A stretch of 55,120 bases of DNA from Octopus sinensis (Eukaryota), in NCBI RefSeq assembly GCF_006345805.1, contig NW_021833792.1, positions 1 through 55,120 on the forward strand, given 5' to 3'. Made by a program: the position numbers and the translations under genes. The notes beneath the pieces are model-generated. The model did no database searches. It worked only from the letters and a program-made list of their open reading frames with translations, and had not been told where the DNA came from. Numbering within the stretch: the first letter of the stretch is position 1; the number at the start of each line of letters is the position of its first letter. Positions 22,754 through 32,760 of the stretch are shown here, one piece after another.

Positions 22754-23566
22754 AGAAATGGGGCAATAATTAACAATGAGAAGTGGATCATTGGTGTTTT
22801 AAAGTCATTATTTAATTAAAATAGGAGTATGTATTATTCCTTTACTTAGCCCATTGTACACACTGTATCGTACAAACTTTAAATAATAACTTTAGCCTTA
22901 TAATACTGCTTCCATTGAAATTACAGGGAGCAACTTAGAAGCTACAAATTAGCATTACATATGTTCAGTAACAATACCGAATATCCCCAATAGCTATAAT
23001 TCCTTCGGCTTACACTGCCAGTCAACTAGCCACTAAATGTAGGAATTATGAAAATAACTAAATATAAGATTAATCCAAACATGAAAACACAAAGAGAAAA
23101 CAGAACAATGTGAGGACGTGGAACAAGTATAGAGTTATTGGATGCTCAGGAAAGAAGGAAAGAAGGAGGGTTTAACGTTTCGAGCGGAGCTCTTTGTCAG
23201 AAACAGGAAAAGGAAAGATCCAAAGAAGGGAAGACAGAGGAAAAATATAAGATATAATTATAAAAATAAGATTATGGATTTAATGAACTCTCTTCTCTTT
23301 GATCCTCCTACTGACACATAGAATTATGTAAGTCACTAAAAGGTAAGACTATTGAATTAACAAACATTTTCCCTTTCTTTTTCTTTTATTTTATCTTTGC
23401 CATATAATCGTTCAGAAGATGTTTATCAATTGTAACAAGGTAAATGCAAATTTACCCTATTTTGATAAATAGAAGCAGCTGTAAACATACTCCTATTTTG
23501 ATTAAATAATGACTTTAAAGCAACAATGATCCACTTCTCATTGTTAATTATAGCCCCATTTCTTAT
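22751..23566. repeat. 82-bp inverted repeats enclosing about 650 bp (MITE-like or PLE inverted terminus)
   Basis: 22751-22832 is the reverse complement of 23485-23566 with a few mismatches; lies next to (TA)n(GA)n. Confidence 0.85.
23075..23245 (-). mobile_element. Penelope-like terminal repeat fragment with minimal hammerhead motif
   Basis: Minus strand 23204-23170 reads ttt CTGACAA agagc tcc gctc GAAAC GT TA aac (core G8 mutated). Confidence 0.65.
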
Positions 23567-24174
23567 CGTCTCTATATCTATTAAACCATGGTTTTACCTT
23601 TAAATTACCTACTACCATATACCTTATAACAAGGACTATATATACTGAGGTAATACACCAGGAGTGCCTACAGATACACCTATCCCTCAGATGGTTACAT
23701 AACCTCTATCTTACACTATATATATATATATATATATATATTGATATAGATATATTGTTATACTTGGTGATCATCACATTTTGTCAATTAAACACATGCA
23801 CTATATATTTGGTCTTCACTTCAGCTTTATTACTGAACATGTGGCTCTTTAGTGTAACTTTGGTATTTGCACCTACCCCATGTGTGACCATTTTCCTCAT
23901 CTGATCAAAGTAGTAGAGTGGCCAAGGACCCCATAAATCATTTGAAAAAATCCCTGTATGGATAACAACTGTAGAGTATGTAGACTAAATCTACAGATAA
24001 CTGTAAACTTAGGAATGTAGTTTATAGTATAAGGTGTACCAAAGGATGCTGCAGAAACAGGACAATGACATACACTTGGGAGATAGTATGTAGTGTAGGT
24101 GAGCAGATAAGTGAACATTGGTGGGAGCTCAAGGGGGGAAGAAACTCATGAATGCACTACAAACATGTTCAGTT

Positions 24175-24563
24175 AGAATCTGGCCTCCGTGCTGAGGGCA
24201 CGTAACAAACACCATCCGAGCGTGGCCGTCCGCCAGCCTCGTCTGGCACCTGTGTCGGTGACACATAAGAAAACACCATCCGAGCGTGGCCGTCAGCCAG
24301 CCTCGTCTGGCACCTGTGTTGGTGGCACATAAAAAACACCATCCGAGCGTGGCCGTCTGCCAGCCTCGTCTGGCACCTGTGTCGGTGGCACATAAAATCA
24401 CCCACTACACTCTTGGAGTGGTTGGCGTTAGGAAGGGCATCCAGCTGTAGAAACACTGCCAGATCTGACTGGCCTGGTGCAGCCTTCGGGCTTGCCAGAC
24501 CCCAGTTGAACCGTCCAACCTATGCTAGCATGGAAAGCGGACGTTAAACGATGATGATGATGA
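24175..24563 (+). mobile_element. Young RTE-tail SINE-like copy with three internal ~62-bp tandem units
   Basis: aacaccatccgagcgtggccgtc.gccagcctcgtctggcacctgtgt.ggtg.cacataa occurs three times (24208-24397); CpG-rich; (GAT)n tail. Confidence 0.85.
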
Positions 24564-24926
24564 ATAACATAAATATTAAGATATTATCAACACATAAAAC
24601 AGACGTGATACTCAGACAGATCACGGCGGCCACACAGAGAATAGTAGATAGACTGAGCCTCAACAGAAACCATGAATGGAATAACCCAACCCCCACTTCA
24701 TCATGCAACACAACCTAATGACTAAAGACAGAAAAAGAAAAAAGAAGACATACAAATAGACACACATACACATACTAAAGACAGAAAAAGAAGAAAAACA
24801 AAAATAAATAAATAAAAGACATGGGTACAGTGTAATGGGCAAACCCATATACATGCACACAAGACATACATACTAAACACATAGACACACACACACAGAC
24901 ATGTGCAGATAGGGAGGGATACATAA

Positions 24927-25157
24927 CATCATTATCATCGTCGTTTAACGTCTGCTTTCCATGCTAGCATGGGTTGGATGGTTTGACTGGGGTCTGGGAA
25001 GCCAGGAAGCTGCACCAGGCTCCAGTCTGATCTGGCAGTGTTTCTACAGCTGGATGCCCTTCCTAACGCCAACCACTCCGAGAGTGTAGTGGGTGCTTTT
25101 TACATGCCAGGGGAGGCTGGCAATGGCCACAATCGGTTGGTGCTTTTTACGTGCCAA
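24927..25157 (-). mobile_element. RTE-tail SINE-like copy, inverted relative to 24175-24563
   Basis: Reverse complement of the same 3' tail (catcgtcgtttaacgtctgctttccatgctagcatggg...). Confidence 0.85.
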
Positions 25158-26336
25158 AGACAAAATGGAATCAGCAGAACAAGAGGAAAGATGTGGGATA
25201 GAGAGTTGTTGAAGAGGTCACAGAATATGTGATGAAAGAACTTTGACAAAGAAACTAAAATAACATAATGATTTTTGTCTTTAAGTAACAACTGTTATAT
25301 TCTTTTTGTTTACTCCTAGAAAGTATGGCTAATATTTCCTTCAAACTGCTTTGTTGCATTTGTTCAAACCCCAAAGAATCCCTTTCAACACATGGCTATG
25401 ATGCTCCCCCACTACTCATGCTCATGATCAGAGATACACATATTGTTAGCCACTAAGGACATGTTCAAGGGGTTAACGTCAAGCAAATGACAAGCAAATC
25501 TGTAGTATTGAGCAGAATATTTGTTATAATGATATTTCTGCTTCAGCAACTCAGTGCTGAATCTGTCTGAAAATGGGTCAGTTTCAAAACACTGATGTCC
25601 AGTTAAAGTTTTATGGGATTAGTAGTAATTTCTTTTGATTTCTAGATGAAGCAAATAGGAAATAACACTTACTGACCAAAGAAAAAAATTTGTTACACAG
25701 TGTAACAGTAATAAAATTGAAGTAAAGACCAAATATATATGACTATCTCCAAGTATAACAATATCTGTTTCAGTGCATGATTTCACACTAAGAATCTTGT
25801 AAAACAAATACATAAATGTATATATATAGAAGATTTTGTAAACAAAAAAAAAAATAATTGATGCTGTCACAATACTAAAAAAAGATTTTCAGAAAATTAA
25901 TAACTACTTAAAAAACTTTTGAAGCCTTGTGATTGAATTTGGTAGGCAGAAATTACCATCATGTAAATGCTTGTGCCTCCTAACAGCATGACACCTTATT
26001 GAAAGAAGTTTTTGTATCGTGTATGTGTGTGTGCATGTGTGAAGTATAAAACAATGGTTTTATTTGGATTTGAACCCATGAGCAGGAGTCCGATACCATA
26101 TAAACCCAGCCATTTATAATATCATGGTTTTACTTTTTGTGTCCTTGAGCAAGGCAGTTCATTTCATATTGGTGCAGTCTTCTCAACTGAAATGCATACC
26201 AGCAAAAGCTGAGAGGACTGATAACTAATCTGGCAATCTGGCATGATTGTACTCTCTGTTGCTTTGAAACTGAGGTCATCTCTGGCCAAATGAGCTGGTA
26301 GACTTAATACAAACAAGATTTATTAAAAAAAAGTTT

Positions 26337-26412
<76 letters not shown>

Positions 26413-26499
26413 TTTGATACTTTGATAGGTTTCGGCCATTATTGGCCCAGGCCATGTCTAACTTAATAGCACCACCTTTATATATAGATCTATATAAAG

Positions 26500-27990
26500 A
26501 TCAAAATAGTTTGATTCAGACTCCAGAGTTTCAAGTATGTGGCTAGTCTTCAGCCATCGGAGTGTGAATGGGAGTTCAGTTGAAGAGAGTCAATGTTTAC
26601 TACTGGATATTAGCCTGCAATTGGTTGAGAAAGGTCATCTGGTATAGTGGTCTGATGTTGGTATTAAAAAACTCTTCAACTCCCATAATGTCAAGCTAAG
26701 CTACTCCTGCTTAGACAACACTGCATGCATCAACACACCCACACAACCTCTAACTTCAATTTGCAACATTCGGAACCCTACCACCTGCCCCCTAATAGGA
26801 TCCTGCTTCTCAAGGGCTGTAGTATACAGAGCCACCCTTACACCATCTGATGGCATTACTAGGTACTATACAGGCATGACAGTCAATGACTTCAAGAGAA
26901 GATATTCCCAGCACTTGCATTCATTTAGATTCAGGAACAGAGACAACTCTACTTCCCTGTCATACTTTCTCTGAAGACTTTGTGACCTCTGAGACAAAAC
27001 ACCCAGCATCAAGTGGACTATTATCAACAGAGTACCACCATATTCACCCAACATCTCTAATTGTCAGCTGTGCCTCTGTGAACAACTGCATATCATCTAC
27101 CAATCCACAGTATTCATCATCAAGAGATATGAGGTATTGTATTGTTGTCACCAGAGGTACACCAGAGGTACACTCTTCCGGTAAATTTCAAGTCACTGGC
27201 TGCCAACAACCTGGATATACCTCCTTAGTTACCAACCACCCCAACACTGCCTGTACCAAGGTCACTGCCACAAATTAACCCCCACTGCAAATCACCAATC
27301 CCCAACACTTCTCTATGCCTGTATACCTGCATACTCTCACCCCTTATACATGACCACACAAGTATATGTGCACACACATGCACGTGCATGAGTGTATGTG
27401 TACATCTGCTCATCGTTTGCATGTGCACAGATGTTTGTGCATGGGCATACATATGTGCACCCACACATGTGCATGTATATACATGTGCACACTTGCATGT
27501 CCTCATGTGCATATGTACATGGAATTAAAGGCTTGCGTGCACATGTGTATGTATATGTGTATGTCTGCATGCATGCGGATGTATGAGTGTACATCTAAGC
27601 ACATACACACTCGTATAAGTATGGATGCATACATGTAGATATATGGACATATACATGTACATATATACCCACACATCTGCTTCCCCCAACCACACAACCA
27701 GCTTCTTGTCTACCACGCAGTCGATCTCCTGTTCACCATGCAGTATTTTCCAACTAATTGTTATTGCTGAAATACCAACAACAGACCACTATACCATGTG
27801 ACCTTTCCCAATCAATCGCAGGAAATCAACCAGTAGTAAACATTGACTCTCTTCAATCGAGCTCTCATTCAGACTCCAATGGTCAAAGACTAACCATATG
27901 CTTGAGACTCAGAATACCAAGGAGTCTGAATCAAACTGTTTTGATCAATACATGTAACTCCCAATAAATGTGTTGAGTGCCCTTCTTTCT
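26500..27990 (+). mobile_element. Penelope-like element (Cys-linker plus GIY-YIG) with inverted terminal segments
   Basis: CNIRNPTTCPLIGSCFSRAVVYRATL...YYTGMTVNDFKRRYSQHLHSFR (about 26762-26930); 26499-26570 is an inverted, diverged copy of about 27866-27946. Confidence 0.8.
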
Positions 27991-28023
27991 ACTCACTCAT
28001 ACACACACACATATATATATATA

Positions 28024-28533
28024 AAGTAAATAAATGGAGTTGAACGAAAATGTTATTAAAATTCTTTCACTTTCGACATATGTTTTGAAGACAACATGGT
28101 TTTATTCCAAAGGAATAAACGGTGTAAAATGCAATCTTCTCATCAGGAAAGAAAGAGAGCCTATCTCAACAACAAGACATTATAACAATTACGATGACTG
28201 CCTAAATGATTGTAGTTGTTATAATGTCTTGTTGTTGAGATAGGCTCTCTTTCTTTCCTGATGAGAAGATTGCATTTTACACCGTTTATTCCTTTGGAAT
28301 AAAACCATGTTGTCTTCAAAACATATGTCGAAAATAAAAGAATTTTAATAACATCTTCGTTCAACTCCATTTATTTACTTATAATACACAAATTACTGCA
28401 CATTAACCCGGAGTTTCTACCTTTGAATAGGTCGCTTCATCCGTGTTACTTGCATGAATTTTGCTACCCTGGTAACTGTTTATTGAATTTTCCATGTTAA
28501 CGGTAAACAAAGGATAATTCCTTCATCCATTTA
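28024..28533 (+). mobile_element. Non-autonomous PLE-type terminal repeat with a 172-bp palindrome and hammerhead-like motifs
   Basis: Arms 28024-28195 and 28209-28380 are near-perfect reverse complements with a 13-nt loop; flanked by (TA)n on both sides. Confidence 0.85.
28250..28335 (+). ncRNA. Type I hammerhead motif, G12>A variant (mirror copy at about 28070-28155, minus strand)
   Basis: tttc CTGATGA gaagat...gtcttc AAAAC ATAT GTC gaaa; stems I, II and III are present, but GAAA reads AAAA. Confidence 0.65.
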
Positions 28534-28698
28534 AATATATATATATATATATATATAAATATATTTATATTATATTGAGGGTACTACTATTCGTAGATAC
28601 CACACGCTAAGAGGGACCAATGCGGTCAAAACTACTAAAATAAACAAAATTTTACCGAATGCAAAACTTCAAAGCAAATCATTTAAAAAAAGAATTTA

Positions 28699-28762
28699 GT
28701 TACATATCACCTGTGATTTCGCAATTAATGCAGAATATGCATTCCATGTTCATCAGTGCAAC
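28699..28762 (-). ncRNA. Type I hammerhead ribozyme motif (sense to the SLC1 pre-mRNA)
   Basis: Minus strand reads gttgca CTGATGA acatggaatgcatattctgcattaattgc GAAA tcac ag gtga TA tgtaac; stem I gttgca/tgtaac, stem III tcac/gtga. Confidence 0.75.
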
Positions 28763-29311
28763 AAACTCAAGATATATAAGAAAAAACATAACGTTACAAG
28801 CTCGATAGCCAACCACAGAATTCGTCGTAGCATGTACGAATGTTTATCTTTACATATCTATGAAAATGGCGGGCTTATTCACAATGCATTTTGGTAACAA
28901 ATTGCTTACTTGGAATAAAAATTTTGCATTCGGTAAAATTTTGTTTATTTTAGTAGTTTTGACTGCATTGGTCCCTCTTAGCGTGTGGTATCTACGAATA
29001 GTAGTACCCTCAATATAATATAAATAAATATTTTCAAAGTGGAAAAATTTACGGATTTTTTCTCTTACGAGGTTTTTCACGCTAACTACTGATAATTTCT
29101 TTTATCCTCAATTGTTAATTTATATTTTTCACCAGAATAGTTCAATACTAAATTTTTATTCTGAGTAAGCAATTTGTTACAGAAATGCATTGCGAATAAG
29201 CCCGCCATTTTCATAGATATGTAAAGATAAACATTCGTACATGCTACGACGAATTCTATGGTTGGCTATCGAGCTTGTAACGTTATGTTTTTTCTTATAT
29301 ATCTTGAGTTT

Positions 29312-29375
29312 GTTGCACTGATGAACATGGAATGCATATTCTGCATTAATTGCGAAATCACAGGTGATATGTAAC
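29312..29375 (+). ncRNA. Type I hammerhead ribozyme motif (identical inverted copy)
   Basis: CTGATGA 29318-29324, GAAA 29354-29357, stem III tcac/gtga, AUA cleavage triplet ending at 29369; the base of stem II is imperfect (A-C). Confidence 0.75.
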
Positions 29376-29719
29376 TAAATTCTTTTTTTAAATGATTTGC
29401 TTTGAAGTTTTGCATTCGGTAAAATTTTGTTTATTTTAGTAGTTTTGACCGCATTGGTCCCTCTTAGCGTGTGGTATCTACGAATAGTAGTACCCTCAAT
29501 ATAATATAAATAAATATTTTCAAAGTGGAAAAATTTACGGATTTTTTCTCTTACGAGGTTTTTCACGCTAACTACTGATAATTTCTTTTAAAGAGTTTAT
29601 CCTCAATTGTTAACCCATGCTAGCATGAAAAACGGACGCTAAACGATGATGATGATGATGATGATATTAAGTATAGGAAAGAATGGAGCTGAACGAAGAT
29701 TTAACAAAGTTCCTTTATT

Positions 29720-29808
29720 TTATTTTCGACATATGTTTCGAAGTCTGCAAAATCCCTAATTCCGAATGAATAAGGAGTCCATTATGCAGCTTTCTCTTCA
29801 GGAAAAAA
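29720..29808 (-). ncRNA. Canonical minimal type I hammerhead ribozyme within a PLE terminal repeat (29667-29825)
   Basis: Minus strand reads ttttc CTGAAGA gaaagctgca...tgcagacttc GAAAC ATAT GTC gaaaa: complete core, GUC site and palindromic stem III. Confidence 0.85.
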
Positions 29809-29822
29809 CAGCTTCGATAATA

Positions 29823-29865
<43 letters not shown>

Positions 29866-30032
29866 ATGTATGTATATCATCATTTATACATTTATATATA
29901 TTATACACTTTGAAACCCATCTGTATGTACCATACACAAATCTCTAGTTCTTATAAATTAAATGGTTAAGTTGTTAACCTGGTTTATATTATTTGTAAAA
30001 GTTCCATCAACAGTAATATTGTTTTAACTTAC

Positions 30033-30266
30033 CTGCTGGTGAAAGTAAATGCTAAAATATAAGGCCGTATGCAGGTGAAGAAGAACTTAAATGGGTTTTT
30101 CCGGAAAATAATAAGGTATATCAGATTCATGAAGACCAACATATGGCAAGCAAGTCCAATCAAAACAGTGAGGCTAAACATTCCAAGACTGGTGAAGAGT
30201 GTGCTGATGTCCTTAATACCGGCTACTGATGCCATTATCAAACTAGCGACGCCAATTGGAGTTATT
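30033..30266 (-). CDS. SLC1/EAAT-family transporter exon (TM5 end-TM6-HP1a), 234 nt
   Basis: ttttgttttgcag acceptor and GTAAGT donor, phase 2-2; ITPIGVASLIMASVAGIKDISTLFTSLGMFSLTVLIGLACH...IIFRKNPFKFF...LAFTFTS, typical of SLC1. Confidence 0.95.
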
Positions 30267-30339
30267 CTGCAAAACAAAATTCACAGAGCTGCAAGAACAA
30301 TTTAAGAATCACTAATAATATGAAACCCTCTCTTAAGGA

Positions 30340-31525
30340 AACAAGTCTTCTGAGATGAGTATAATTGCAGGAGAGATGATAAAAGCATCCAAGGTTAGGA
30401 CTTTGGGGTTAAGCGGGACAAACTTCAGATTGGTCAATAAAGAATTCTGGCAGATTAGCTACCAACTTTGTAACAAAGAGCTCTCATCCACATCTCCCAT
30501 TGATAACTCAGTAGGGGTTCTTCTCTGTATAGAGAAGAGCCTTCTGAGGAGGTGGGGAAAATACTAGAGAATGTATTCTCTAGCTGATCACTGTATGCTA
30601 AGTGACTGGAGCAATTGAAAAGACACCAAAGCAATCGGGAGGTGGGGTGTGTGTGTGATAATCCCTATTTTTAAAAAGGGAAACAAGAGAAAGTGCTCTA
30701 GTTACTGAACAATTCCCCCCCCCCCCAGCTAGCTGTCTAGAAAAGAGATGTAGGGAAATTGTTGAGCTCAAGGTAGCTGAAGAACAGTGTGGCTTCTGTT
30801 CTGGACCTAGCATAGCCAACCAGATATTCACTCTATGGCAGGTGTTTCAGAAATTATGGGAGTATTACCAACAAGAGTATGCTTGCTTTGTAGACCTTGA
30901 AAAGGCATATGACTGTGTGGAGGGTTTTGCAGAAATTTGGGATTAATGGGCAATTTCTAATTACTATGTCTTTATATAAATGCCAAAATATTTGTGTTTG
31001 GATTAATGGTGCTGGGTTGAAACTTTTCAATGTGGGTGCAGGACCTTGGCAGAGATGTGCATTGTCACCTTTCTTTTTCATAATTTTTATGAAGTGGAAT
31101 GATATGCACAGCTTTTTGTGGAAATGGAGTCACAATTGGTCAATGTAGGATCAGTTGGCTGATATTTGCAGATGACATGGTGCTACTTGACTCCTCAGAA
31201 GATATTTTCCAGCATTTACTGAATGGGTTTACTGATGAATGCTGCAAGGCAGAGATGAAAGTTAGTGTTGCTAAGACTGAGACTTCCCTGTATGTCAGTG
31301 GAAGATCACTGAGACAAGTGGAGAAGTTTAAGCATCTTGGGGCCGTGTTTACAACTGATGGGCAGCAGGAGACCTTATTGAAGGCTAAAACTGCATGTAC
31401 TGGCACAGTTATGTGCAAGGTTCAGCATTCAATCCTCAGGAGAGGAGAGGTTGGTAAAAGAATTCATCTTCAATTCAGTTTTTATACCTATCTTCATGTA
31501 TGGTCATGAATGTTGGGTAATGACT
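30340..31525 (+). mobile_element. RTE-like LINE RT fragment (a different family from 2318-5556)
   Basis: EEQCGF, FVDLEKAYD, QRCALSPFFFIIFM, LIFADDMVLL, QVEKFKHLG. Confidence 0.85.
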
Positions 31526-32261
31526 AAGGCAATTTTTTGCCAAAAAGTTGAAATTCATAAAAACATTCATTTCAAGGTTAAAACCAATGATAAAAAAACA
31601 TATTTTTACTATTAATCATTGTAATTAATCACTTTTTAAAGTTAATAAAGTTAAAATCATGCAATAAACTTAAAATAAAGTTAAAAAATGAAATTTCACT
31701 AAAAAGAAAATTTTTTTGATTAGATACTGAAAAGAATAAATAAATTCATAGATATATATTTTCATGTAGTGATTAAACCAAAATTTGATATGTATTTCTG
31801 CTAGTTTATAGTAGAACTGTGGTATTGGACGAACTCTTCAGAGTTATTTTTAGCATTCCCTGTAGCTTGTCCTACCCTTTGATATTAAAAATTATTTGAC
31901 ACCATGTATGTCCAGCCATTTGAACACAAACAAGTCTAGCATGTCAGTATAGTTTTCCTGTAAGACAAATTTCTAACTTCAATGTACTTTTACCAATATT
32001 AGTTTTTGGTGACTGATACCAAGAGCTAACATTGATTATTTGCATCTTTTTACCAATTCATAAAACAGGACTCTTTAAGAATAGAATTATTTAATACCAT
32101 CCAATTATAAGAATATCTACTAACAACTTTAATTCTTTGCACTTGTTATTTAGAAATTTTAAATTTACCATTGTAAGTAAGAACTTTTCCTTGCTGTACT
32201 TTTCACAATAAGTAAATGTGCAGTATGCTAGTTGTTTCTCAATATTTCAATTTTTCATGTT

Positions 32262-32570
32262 TTACTTGTTTTGGAGAATTTTTAGTCAAATGAATCAACC
32301 CCAGTTAATTTTTGTTAAGCCTGGTGGTCTCTTATTGCTGAACTACTAGATTACAAGGATGTAAACACACCAACATCAGTTGCCAAGCAGAGGGGGAGAG
32401 AAAAACACACACACACATACATGATGGCTTTCTTTCAGTTTCTGTCAATCAAATCCACTCACAAGGCTTTGGTTGACCCAAGGCTATGGTAGAAGACACA
32501 TGCAGTAGGTCTGAACCTGCAACCATATAGTTGAGAATCAAGCTTCTTCCCACTCAGCCGCACCTGTGCC
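32262..32570 (-). mobile_element. tRNA-derived SINE
   Basis: Homologous to 8797-9140. Confidence 0.7.
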
Positions 32571-32760
32571 AATATCTTTTTATGTATCATTTGAATTTTT
32601 ATCTGAGCTTAATTGAACTGAATCATTTTCTTTCATAGTTGCATTGCTAAATCTTTTTGAAGTTGATTGTGGAGTTCTTTTGTCATTGACTTATTGAGAC
32701 GCCTTTTTCCTGTTTCAAGTAATTATAATTTTGATTATTATGATTTTCTTATTAACTCAG

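Larger units (their letters stand above)
28562..29613 (+). mobile_element. Non-coding partial-tandem element (486-bp period) with inverted 5' copy; PLE pLTR or retrozyme-like
   Basis: 28922-29116 repeats directly at 29408-29613; 28562-28924 is the reverse complement of 29150-29512; contains a hammerhead; no credible ORF. Confidence 0.85.

Noticed and set aside
24208-24397. Three ~62-bp repeats resembling a CRISPR array
   Set aside because: Contiguous units without unique spacers, inside a SINE/LINE tail; eukaryotic context with no cas genes.
27225-27716. His/Cys/Met-rich ORFs
   Set aside because: Translations of CA/TG simple repeats.
28034-28370. Near-identical 69-aa ORFs on opposite strands (also 28850-29080 and 29375-29566)
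   Set aside because: A consequence of the palindrome and tandem duplication; no protein features.
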